Part shown: positions 48,233 through 56,655 of the stretch, piece after piece
Numbering within the stretch: the stretch's first letter is position 1
Layout of the letters: every line of letters begins with the position of its first letter
Assembly: GCA_020846275.1 (NCBI GenBank)
Contig: JADLEG010000183.1
Span: 9,693 to 73,692 of the forward strand
DNA: 64,000 nucleotides
Reading direction: 5' to 3'
DNA from: Alphaproteobacteria bacterium
GTDB taxonomy: Bacteria > Pseudomonadota > Alphaproteobacteria > JAEULC01
Notes under the pieces: model-generated
The model's input: only the letters and a program-made list of their open reading frames with translations
What the model was told of the DNA's origin: nothing
The model's database searches: none
Made by a program: the position numbers and the translations under genes

Positions 48233-48952
48233 TCATGCGCGTTTTCGGACTCGGCGCGGCGGGAGGGCCGCTTGCTCCTGCTTGTATCGACGCAAGGCTT
48301 CCAGGGACGACCCCAGGTCGGCGAGAATGGAGTTTCGCAATTCCTCCGGGTCGCGACGTTCCGCTGCCTCTATGATGTCTTCGTGGCGCCGATGATCCCC
48401 GCGCCCCTTGTGCAATAGGGGATACATGTACCGCAAGGTCGGCCCGATTCTCAGCCAAAGAATGCGTGCAAATTCGAGGCGCAATGGCGATTCGGCACGC
48501 TGGTATATCAAGAAGTGGAATACCGAGTTCAGCTGAAGAACCTTCTGGTAGTCGCCAGCGTCGAGGGCAGCAAGAAAGGACTCTTGTGTATCCTTCAAAT
48601 TCTGGACGTCGGTATCGGTGATCTTTTTCGCGGCGGCGATCGCCATGTCGCCTTCGAGCGTGCGCCTGATATCGAATATTTCCGCAATCTCGTCCAAGCC
48701 CCGTTCCGGAACAACGATCGCGCTTTTTTCGGTGACGCCCAGCACTCCGTCTGCCACGAGTCGCAATACGGCTTCGCGCACGGGCGTGACGCTCGCCCCC
48801 ATCTCGACCGCCAACCGACGCACGTTGATACGCTCCTTCGGTGCGTACGAGCCGGCGATAATGGCCCCCACTAGCTGCCGGTGAATTTGCTCGGCGAGCG
48901 TGTCGCCCCGGGACAATGCTTCATAGTTCAAGATGTCCCCCACCCGATTCAT
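48233..48952 (-). CDS. GntR family transcriptional regulator (FadR/FCD subfamily)
   Basis: 239 aa. HTH …ERINVRRLAVEMGASVTPVREAVLRLVADGVL plus an FCD domain. Confidence 0.85.
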   Translation of the reverse strand: MNRVGDILNYEALSRGDTLAEQIHRQLVGAIIAGSYAPKERINVRRLAVEMGASVTPVREAVLRLVADGVLGVTEKSAIVVPERGLDEIAEIFDIRRTLEGDMAIAAAKKITDTDVQNLKDTQESFLAALDAGDYQKVLQLNSVFHFLIYQRAESPLRLEFARILWLRIGPTLRYMYPLLHKGRGDHRRHEDIIEAAERRDPEELRNSILADLGSSLEALRRYKQEQAALPPRRVRKRA

Positions 48953-48962
48953 TTGACTTGCC

Positions 48963-49005
48963 TTGACAGTCTCGATCTTCGGAAATATGATATATCAAAT
49001 TGCGG
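48963..49005 (+). promoter_or_regulatory. sigma-70-like promoter with overlapping operator-like motif (copy 1 of 3)
   Basis: TTGACA-N17-TATGAT followed by ATATCAAATTGCGG; contains the palindrome GATATATC. It lies in the divergent region between the GntR gene and the dapA-family gene. Confidence 0.5.
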
Positions 49006-49045
49006 CGGAATCAACGGCTTTCGTTTATCACGGAGTTCTCCCTTC

Positions 49046-49981
49046 ATGGCAACCAATTGGAATGGCGTATTCCCTGCGATGGTGACCCCTTTCGCGGCGG
49101 ATGGCAGGCTCGATAAGTCGCAGATCGCCGAGCTGGCCGACCTACTCTTGTCCGAAGGGGTTTCCGGCATCGTGATCGGCGGAAGCACCGGCGAATATTA
49201 CTCGATGACCGTACCGGAAAGGATCGAGCTGTTCTCGATCGTCAAATCCCACGTTGCGGGGAAGGCGGTGCTCATTGCCGGCACCTCGTCGATCAACCAT
49301 GCCGAAACGTTGCAGCTGACTTCCGAGGCAAAGCAGATCGGTTATGACGGCTGCATGGTACTCCCTCCCGTTTACTCGCTACCGACGCCTGTGGAGATCG
49401 TCAAGGCGTTTGAAGACGTCGCTGCAATCGGCCTTCCGGTGATGGTGTACAACAACCCGGCGCGCGCCGCCGTCGGCCTCACGCCGGACCTGGTCCAGAA
49501 GCTGGCGCGAATCAAGAACATCGTCGCCTACAAGGAAAGCTCGCGCGATCTCTATCCGATCGCGGAAATCTTCCACACGAACCGCGACCGCCTCTCGCTG
49601 TTTGCGGGCCTCGAGCCCTATGCCGGCGCCTTGCTCTCTCGCGGTGCCGTCGGCATCGTCTCGACAATTTCAAACGTGTGCGCCCGAGAGGTTGTCGCCT
49701 ACTACGAAGCCTACAAGAACAATGATCGGGCGACGCTCGTGAGGGTGCAGCAGATCATCGATGAACTCTATGCCCTGATTCCGCGCGTGCGCATGTCGAA
49801 CTATGCGTTTGTGAAGTGCGCGATGAAGGCCCTCGGGCGGCCGGGCGGCTTTCCTCGTCGTCCGCATTACCTCGCCGATGAAACGCTCCTCCAGGAGATC
49901 GGCAGCGAGATCAAGAAGATCTACGCCCGTGCCGGCATCGCGCCATTGGGATCCGTTTCAGAAATGCGCAAGGCGGTGTGA
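49046..49981 (+). CDS. dihydrodipicolinate synthase/N-acetylneuraminate lyase (DapA) family protein
   Basis: 311 aa. …GIVIGGSTGEYYSMT…, Schiff-base Lys region …VAYKESS…. GGAG Shine-Dalgarno sequence. In-frame upstream ORF-track codons were rejected. Confidence 0.85.
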   Translation: MATNWNGVFPAMVTPFAADGRLDKSQIAELADLLLSEGVSGIVIGGSTGEYYSMTVPERIELFSIVKSHVAGKAVLIAGTSSINHAETLQLTSEAKQIGYDGCMVLPPVYSLPTPVEIVKAFEDVAAIGLPVMVYNNPARAAVGLTPDLVQKLARIKNIVAYKESSRDLYPIAEIFHTNRDRLSLFAGLEPYAGALLSRGAVGIVSTISNVCAREVVAYYEAYKNNDRATLVRVQQIIDELYALIPRVRMSNYAFVKCAMKALGRPGGFPRRPHYLADETLLQEIGSEIKKIYARAGIAPLGSVSEMRKAV

Positions 49982-50035
49982 TGCTATTGCGGCCCAGGTG
50001 AAGCGGCGCGCGGGCTCCAGTCGCCGCTCCTATCG

Positions 50036-51121
50036 TCATCGATCGGGATCGAGCATCGTGGTGGCGTGGCGCGGCCATCCGATCCGGACCTTTGTCCCTG
50101 CCGCCAAGCCGCCGATCTTGTCGCTGGTTAGGCAGGAGACAGTGACGTTGAGTCCATCGCCAACGTCGACCAGGAACTGGGTAATCTGCCCGGACAGGAT
50201 CACTTCAGAGATCGCGCCCACCAGGACGTTATCTTCCTTCTCCTCCGGCTCGAGAAATCGCAGCCGCTCCGGTCGGACCATCCATCCGACCTCTCCGCGA
50301 ACCGGTATGCAAGAGGAAGCAACCTTAATTGGGCCGAATTTGTCGTGGGCGATCACCGGATCGTCGCCTTGTCTATCGGCAACTCCTTGGAAAATATTCG
50401 TCGCGCCGAAGAAATCCGCGGAAAAGACCGAACTGGGGTTGGCATAGATTCGCCTTGGCGCGCCCACGTCCTTGATCTTGCCACCGCCCATCAGGCAGAT
50501 CCGATCCGACATGGTGAGCGCCTCCTCCTGATCGTGCGTCACATAGATCATGGAAAGCCCGAGATCGTCGTGAATGCGTTTGATCTCGAACTGCATCTGC
50601 TGACGAAGCTTGCGATCCAGCGCGCCGAGCGGTTCATCCATGAGAATCAATGGAGGCCGATAGACAAGCGCCCTGGCGATCGCGATGCGCTGCTGCTGCC
50701 CGCCGGAGAGCTGCTTCGGCCTACGGTCTTCCACGCCAGGCAGCTTGATCAGTTCCAGCGCCTCGGCGACCCGCTCCTTGACCTCGACCTTCGGCATCTT
50801 TCGGATCCGGAGCGGAAACGCGATGTTCTCGAACACTGACAAGTGCGGCATCAGCGCAAAGTTCTGAAACACCATGCCGATGCCCCGCACGCGCGCCGGC
50901 AGGTAGGATATGTCGCGACCATCGAGAAACAGGGATCCGGAGGTCGGGAAAAGCGCGCCCGAGATGATGTTTAGCAGCGTCGTCTTGCCGGAACCGCTCG
51001 GGCCCAGCAACGTGACGAACTCTCCCTTGCCAATGTCCAGCGAGACGTCGCTCAGCGCTTCGACGGAACCGTAGCGCTTGGTCACATTGGCAATTCTCAA
51101 AATGGGCGTTTCGCTATTCAT
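50036..51121 (-). CDS. ABC transporter ATP-binding protein (PotA-type)
   Basis: GPSGSGKTT, LSGGQQQRIAIARA, ILMDEPLGALD, and a TOBE C-terminus. ATG at 51121 (MNSETPIL…). Confidence 0.9.
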   Translation of the reverse strand: MNSETPILRIANVTKRYGSVEALSDVSLDIGKGEFVTLLGPSGSGKTTLLNIISGALFPTSGSLFLDGRDISYLPARVRGIGMVFQNFALMPHLSVFENIAFPLRIRKMPKVEVKERVAEALELIKLPGVEDRRPKQLSGGQQQRIAIARALVYRPPLILMDEPLGALDRKLRQQMQFEIKRIHDDLGLSMIYVTHDQEEALTMSDRICLMGGGKIKDVGAPRRIYANPSSVFSADFFGATNIFQGVADRQGDDPVIAHDKFGPIKVASSCIPVRGEVGWMVRPERLRFLEPEEKEDNVLVGAISEVILSGQITQFLVDVGDGLNVTVSCLTSDKIGGLAAGTKVRIGWPRHATTMLDPDR

Positions 51122-51184
51122 GCCGGGCCAACGACTCTCACTTGCTCCAAATCTCACCTCAACCGATCCAACCGCCGTCCCTGC

Positions 51185-51997
51185 CTAATTTTCCCGTTCC
51201 TCCGGCTTCTGAAAAGCCGCGTAGAATAGAATGATCGCGATCGATGTGAGCGCCAGCATCGTCGCGGCCGCCGCGATCTCCGGTGCCACTTCGACCTTGA
51301 GACTGCTGTACATTACGACCGGCAGCGTCGTCGCGCTCGTGCCGGCAATGAACCACGAGATAACGACCTCGTCGAACGAGATGAGGAACGCGAAGAGGAA
51401 AGCAGACGCCAGGGAATACCATATCTGCGGCACGACGACGCGCGTGTAGATGGCCATCGGCGTCGCACCCATCACCGCAGCGGCGGTCTCCACATTCTGG
51501 TCGATCTGTTTGAGGCCGGAGGTCACGACGACGATGACATAGGGAATGGTCAGGAGCGAATGCGCGAGCACCAAACCCGAGGTCGTGCCAATCAGTCCCA
51601 GTTGCGAAAAATAGAAATAGACCCCGAGCGCGATAACGATCGATGGCACCAGGATTGGGCTGAGGAGGATCACGCCCACCAGCTTCTGACCGGGGAATGC
51701 TCCTCGCACCAAGCCAAAGGCCGCAAGCGAGCCGATGAGCGTCGCCAGCATGGCCGTGCCACATCCGACGATCAGGCTCTCGACAAGCGAACCGGTCCAG
51801 ACCGGCGACGAGAAGAACCGCTCGTACAGTTCAAAGGAAAATGTGCGCGGAGGAAACGTCAGCGATGTCGCGCCGCCGAACGAGATCGGTATCGTCAGGA
51901 TGCTGGGAAGCGTTAGGAAAACATAGATGCAACCGATCAGAAGGGCGAAAAGCAACTCGCGCAGATTCCAGCCCGACGGTTCGAGCGGGCGGTTCAT
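51185..51997 (-). CDS. ABC transporter permease (PotC-like)
   Basis: 270 aa. BPD_transp_1. ATG at 51997. Confidence 0.85.
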   Translation of the reverse strand: MNRPLEPSGWNLRELLFALLIGCIYVFLTLPSILTIPISFGGATSLTFPPRTFSFELYERFFSSPVWTGSLVESLIVGCGTAMLATLIGSLAAFGLVRGAFPGQKLVGVILLSPILVPSIVIALGVYFYFSQLGLIGTTSGLVLAHSLLTIPYVIVVVTSGLKQIDQNVETAAAVMGATPMAIYTRVVVPQIWYSLASAFLFAFLISFDEVVISWFIAGTSATTLPVVMYSSLKVEVAPEIAAAATMLALTSIAIILFYAAFQKPEEREN

Positions 51998-52884
51998 GTC
52001 AGCGGCTTCGATTGATCGGAAACTCGCGACAGTCCGAACACCAGCAGCCCGCTTGCCACGAGCAGCACCACCGCGACCGCCGACGACACGGTCCAGTTCA
52101 AGGTTTCGCGCGTGTAAAGGTCGATCAGGTTGGCAAGCATAATGTCCGTCCGGCCGCCCAGCAGGGCGGGGGTCACGAAGAACCCGAAGCCGATGATCAT
52201 GCACATTAGGGCGCCGGCTAGGATAGCAGGTGAGCTGAGCGGCAGCGTCACCCGCAAGAAGATGGTCCAGGGCGTGGCGCCCATGATCTCCGCCGCCTTC
52301 GCGAGTGTGCGGTCTTGCATGAGAAGATTTGTCAGGACGGGAAACACCACGAACGGGAGCAAATGATTCGACATTCCGATGAGGACGCCAATCCCATTGA
52401 ATATCAATGGAATCTCTGGATTCCCGCCCAATATCCAGCCGAGAACGCTGTTGATCAGCCCATTCCTTCCCAAGATGACCGTGAAGGAGTAGCTCTTCAC
52501 CAGGATGCTGGTCCAGAATGGAAATAGGACCAGCACCAATCCGATTGCCCGCTTTCGCGCAGACAGCCGGGAAAGGTAAAGCGCGAGCACATAGCCCAAT
52601 AGGACGCTTACCAGCGTGGCGAGGACCGCAATCTCGATACTCGTCCAGAGCACGCGCGAGAAAAGCGTGCTCGTGAGTAGCCAGCGGTACCCATCAAGCG
52701 AATAGCCGCCATGGCTCTGAAAGCTGAAGAGAACGATGTATCCGATCGGCACGGCGAAGATCGCGCCGAACAGCAAGATGGCGGGAGCGGCGAATTCCAG
52801 TCCTTGCCAGCGGCGAGGCCCCGACCACTCCGCCTTAGGGGGCGATGTGGTACCGAGGTTGCCTACGCTCTGGATCGACGCCAT
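51994..52884 (-). CDS. ABC transporter permease (PotB-like)
   Basis: 296 aa. BPD_transp_1. Its stop overlaps the downstream ATG (ATGA). Confidence 0.85.
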   Translation of the reverse strand: MASIQSVGNLGTTSPPKAEWSGPRRWQGLEFAAPAILLFGAIFAVPIGYIVLFSFQSHGGYSLDGYRWLLTSTLFSRVLWTSIEIAVLATLVSVLLGYVLALYLSRLSARKRAIGLVLVLFPFWTSILVKSYSFTVILGRNGLINSVLGWILGGNPEIPLIFNGIGVLIGMSNHLLPFVVFPVLTNLLMQDRTLAKAAEIMGATPWTIFLRVTLPLSSPAILAGALMCMIIGFGFFVTPALLGGRTDIMLANLIDLYTRETLNWTVSSAVAVVLLVASGLLVFGLSRVSDQSKPLT

Positions 52885-52913
52885 CTTCGCCGTCTAGGCG
52901 GATCATTGGACGC

Positions 52914-53972
52914 TCAGGTCAGCAGGAACTCCTGAAACCGCTGCTGAACGGCGGCGAATTCCACCGCCCACCAATCGTCGTTCTGAACGATATGATGCTT
53001 GCTCGACACGTCCGGCAGCCACTTCTTGCCTTCCGCACTGACCAGATCCATCGCACGCGGATTGCCAGGAAGGTAGCTGATCATTTCGGCGAATGCCGCC
53101 TGTCGATCCGGTCTGAGGCAGAACGCCACGAACCGCATGGCAACGTCTTTCCGCGGCGTGCCCTTCACGACACCGATATACTCGTGGCTGAGGAACGTCT
53201 GGTCCAGGTTGATTGCGAGCGGGGCCGGCGAACCGATGGTCGCCCTGACGCGGCCATTGGGCAGGTAGTCGAAGTCGACCTCGTTGGTGGTCAACAGCGT
53301 CACAAGCTGCGACGTCGAATCGGCCCATTTCGGCACGCTCGGCTTTAGCTTCTCGAGAGACTTGAGCGCCCGATTCACATCCAGCGGATAGAGGCGCGCC
53401 GGATCAACGCCGTCTGCCACGAGCGCGATCTCGAGCACGAAATCGGCACGAGCCCGCATCGAACGCTTTCCGGGGAATTTCTTTACGTCCCAGAACTGGG
53501 CGCAGTCCTTCGGCGCATTCTGCGCGTTATGCTTGCCGGCATTCCAACCAACGCCATAGGGCGTGTGATAGAAAGGGGCATAGTCCTTGCGTTCGCCGAG
53601 GACCAGGTCCTTGTCGGTGATGACAGCGGGATCCAAAGGCTCGAACAGCCCTTCTTTGGATCCTACCGGAAACCATGCGCCCCCTGCGTCGAACACGTCC
53701 CATTCGACGTTGCCCGCCGACACTTGCGCCTTCAAGCGGGCAAAATCCGGCACGCCGGAGAACACCACCTCGACGCCCGTTTCCTTGGTGAAGGGATCGG
53801 TGTAGGCCGCCTTGACCATGTCCTGATAGCTGCCGCCATAGGTCGGGAAGATCAGCCGCTTGTTCTGCGCCCGCGCGACCCTGGAGATGAACGGCATTGC
53901 CACAGCGGACGCTGAAGCCGCCAGAAATGCACGGCGATGCAAAGAGACATGGCCCCTTGTTTCCACGGTCAT
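52914..53972 (-). CDS. ABC transporter substrate-binding protein (family 1, PotD/PotF-like) with Tat signal
   Basis: 352 aa from MTVETRGHVSLHRRAFLAASASAVAMPFISRVARAQ, a twin-arginine signal. The upstream 67 aa of the ORF-track frame was rejected. Confidence 0.8.
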   Translation of the reverse strand: MTVETRGHVSLHRRAFLAASASAVAMPFISRVARAQNKRLIFPTYGGSYQDMVKAAYTDPFTKETGVEVVFSGVPDFARLKAQVSAGNVEWDVFDAGGAWFPVGSKEGLFEPLDPAVITDKDLVLGERKDYAPFYHTPYGVGWNAGKHNAQNAPKDCAQFWDVKKFPGKRSMRARADFVLEIALVADGVDPARLYPLDVNRALKSLEKLKPSVPKWADSTSQLVTLLTTNEVDFDYLPNGRVRATIGSPAPLAINLDQTFLSHEYIGVVKGTPRKDVAMRFVAFCLRPDRQAAFAEMISYLPGNPRAMDLVSAEGKKWLPDVSSKHHIVQNDDWWAVEFAAVQQRFQEFLLT

Positions 53973-54000
53973 CTCCCGTCGAGTTGCGCACGCTTGGGTG

Positions 54001-54045
54001 CTGCCATAATTTGAGATATCATATTGCGAATAACATTTCCGGTCA
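54001..54045 (-). promoter_or_regulatory. sigma-70-like promoter with overlapping operator-like motif (copy 3 of 3, minus orientation)
   Basis: The reverse complement reads TTGACC-N18-TATGAT followed by ATCTCAAATTATGG. It lies about 35 bp upstream of the SBP start at 53972. Confidence 0.45.
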
Positions 54046-54279
54046 AGCGCCGAATCGGTAACCGGGATGTCCGCGGTCGTGTTCGTAAAGACCATGCCCA
54101 AGCCCGTCGGTTGACGGTTGTAGTTTCGTCTGCCACGCGCGCGGGCCGCGCGCCGCGCAGACCAAATGGCCACTCCTCATCCGCAGGCCCGCGCCCAGGG
54201 TCTAATTGCCCGACGGCCTTCGCCTGGACATCGCTTGCTGAAATCTGCAGACCGCCGCCCAGCCGCGACGCCAAGCGGC

Positions 54280-54323
54280 TTGACAGGTCGTCAAACACAG
54301 AAATACGATATATCAAATTACGG
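54280..54323 (+). promoter_or_regulatory. sigma-70-like promoter with overlapping operator-like motif (copy 2 of 3)
   Basis: TTGACA-N18-TACGAT followed by ATATCAAATTACGG. It matches copy 1 at 21 of 23 positions. It lies about 180 bp upstream of the OYE-fusion gene. Confidence 0.5.
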
Positions 54324-54505
54324 TAGTTTCGATGAGCGGCTTCAATGACCGCGCGGCGCGCGCTGCAATCCAATTGTGGGCAAGCTTTGAAATGCTTGGC
54401 AGTCCGCATTTCAATGGTAGCGGTCGCCGCAGTCCGGAATATGACCAAGGCATTTGACGCTTGCGAAGCGCGGGGAAGCCGTCAATCACCCAGAGGGCCG
54501 TGGCG

Positions 54506-56545
54506 ATGACCAGTTACCAAGTGCTCCTGACGCCGTTCAAACTACGCAATCTGACGTTGCGCAATCGCTTCGTAAGCACGGCGCACGCGCCGGCTTATGG
54601 CGTCAACTCGATGCCCGGCGAGCGCTATCGCCTCTATCATGTCGAGAAAGCGAAAGGAGGGATCGGCCTGACCATGATCGGCGGATCGACCGCCGTTTCA
54701 CCTGACGCCGTCGCACCGTTCGGTCAGCTCACGCTGGCGGATGACCGCGCCATATCCGCCATCCGCGAGCTCGTTGAGGCCGTGCACAGCCACGGCGCAG
54801 CATGTTTCTGCCAAATCTCTCACCCAGGCCGGCGTGGCCGGTGGGATTCGGGATCTTGGCTCCCGCCGGTCGGCCCGTCTCATATCCGGGAACCCCAGCA
54901 TCGGGCCTTTCCAAAGGAAATGGAGGACTGGGACTTCGAGCGCATTGTCAACGACTACGAAGCCGCGGCGCGCCGTTGCAGGGCAGCCGGACTAGACGGC
55001 GCCGAATTGCTGTTCGCCGGCGGGCATCTCCTGCTGCAGTTCCTCTCGCCCGCCGTGAACATGCGCACCGATCAATATGGCGGAAGCCTGGAAAATCGCC
55101 TGCGCTATGCATTTGAAGTGATCGCCGCAGCCCGCCGCGGGCTCGGGGATGATCTGGTGCTAGGGGTCCGCCTCACCGCGGACGAGTTCATTGCCGAAGG
55201 ACTCAACCAAGCGGAATGTCTCGAGATCGCCAAGGCGATCGCCGCAACCGGCAATGTCGACTACCTGAGTGTCATGGCCAGTCAAACCTACGATTGGCGC
55301 TCGTCCACCTATTCGATTCCAAGCATGGCGTTTCCGCTTGCCCCGTATCTCTCGATGGCACGAGCCATCAAGGCGGCGGTGCCCGTCCCGGTCCTCCATG
55401 CCGGCCGCATTCTCGATCTCGCCACCGCTTCGCGCGCGATTGAGGAAGGCATGATCGACCTGGTTGCGATGACTCGAGCGCAGATCGCCGATCCTCACAT
55501 GGTCCGCAAATTGGCCGAGCGCCGCCCGAACGACATTCGCCCGTGCGTCGGCGCCAACTACTGCATCAATCGCATCTACGCACATGCGGAAGCGTTGTGC
55601 CTGCAGAATCCGGCGACGGGGCGCGAGGCGACAATGCCACACGTGTTCACGCGCTCCGAAACGCCAAAGAACATCGTGGTGGTCGGAGGCGGCCCCGCGG
55701 GCCTGGAGGCGGCACGCGTCAGCGCCGAACGCGGGCACAAGGTCACCCTCATCGAAGCCGAACCCAAGGTCGGCGGCCAGATCAATGTCGCGACCAAGCT
55801 CGGTTGGCGGGACGCGCTTGCGACCATTCCGCAATGGCTCGAGGACCAGTGCCGCAAGCTCGGCGTCGACATGTGGCTGGGCTACACGGCCGATGTCGCG
55901 ATGGTCGAGCGATTCAATCCCGACATCGTCATCGTCGCAACAGGCGGCTATCCCAACATCGGAGAGATCGATGGGGCGGAGCACGTGTTCAGCACCTGGG
56001 ACATCTTGGGTGGCCGCGTAAAGCCCGGAGAACGTGTGCTGATGTTCGACGATCAGGGCTCCGACTCGGGCATGAGCTGCGCTGATTTCTTGTCTCAGAA
56101 TGCTGGCCATCTGGAAGTGGTGACGCCCGAGCGACATCTTGGCATCGAGACCGGTTCGACAACCTATCCCGTCTACCTGGCGAATCTCTACAAGCGCGGC
56201 GCCGCGATTTCGCCTGATCTGCGGTTGCGCCGCGTAGAAACCAGAGGCAACGTCCTGCTAGCGGTGCTGCGCAATGAATACACGCTGAAGGAGGAAACCC
56301 GCGAGGTCGATCAGGTGGTCAGCGACCACGGGACGCTTCCCAACGCCGATCTCTATTTCGAGCTGAAGCCTCGCTCGATCAATCTTGGCGCGGTCGATTA
56401 TCATGCCCTGGTAGCGGGCAAGCCGCAGACGCACGGCGCAAACCCTGAAGGCAAGTACTTTGTCTACAGAGTTGGCGATTCAGTCGCAGGCCGCAACATC
56501 CATGCCGCGCTGTTCGACAGTCTCAGGCTGTGCAAGGACTTCTAA
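54506..56545 (+). CDS. NADH:flavin oxidoreductase (Old Yellow Enzyme) fused to FAD/NAD(P)-binding domain; N-methylproline demethylase (StcD)/2,4-dienoyl-CoA reductase-like
   Basis: 679 aa. OYE TIM-barrel N-terminus (…FVSTAHAPAY…, …GGHLLLQFLSP…), Cys-rich linker (…CVGANYCINR…), and a C-terminal VVVGGGPAGLEAA Rossmann domain. AGAGGG Shine-Dalgarno sequence. ATG at 54506. Confidence 0.8.
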   Translation: MTSYQVLLTPFKLRNLTLRNRFVSTAHAPAYGVNSMPGERYRLYHVEKAKGGIGLTMIGGSTAVSPDAVAPFGQLTLADDRAISAIRELVEAVHSHGAACFCQISHPGRRGRWDSGSWLPPVGPSHIREPQHRAFPKEMEDWDFERIVNDYEAAARRCRAAGLDGAELLFAGGHLLLQFLSPAVNMRTDQYGGSLENRLRYAFEVIAAARRGLGDDLVLGVRLTADEFIAEGLNQAECLEIAKAIAATGNVDYLSVMASQTYDWRSSTYSIPSMAFPLAPYLSMARAIKAAVPVPVLHAGRILDLATASRAIEEGMIDLVAMTRAQIADPHMVRKLAERRPNDIRPCVGANYCINRIYAHAEALCLQNPATGREATMPHVFTRSETPKNIVVVGGGPAGLEAARVSAERGHKVTLIEAEPKVGGQINVATKLGWRDALATIPQWLEDQCRKLGVDMWLGYTADVAMVERFNPDIVIVATGGYPNIGEIDGAEHVFSTWDILGGRVKPGERVLMFDDQGSDSGMSCADFLSQNAGHLEVVTPERHLGIETGSTTYPVYLANLYKRGAAISPDLRLRRVETRGNVLLAVLRNEYTLKEETREVDQVVSDHGTLPNADLYFELKPRSINLGAVDYHALVAGKPQTHGANPEGKYFVYRVGDSVAGRNIHAALFDSLRLCKDF

Positions 56546-56655
56546 GCTGCAGGGCGCATTGCTCGGACACCGATCGAAGCGCCGCACGAACGCTAGCAGA
56601 GCAGGGACCGGTTGGATTCCGCCATGCCTTAACTTGCGTGCCGGGCGCGATGCCA

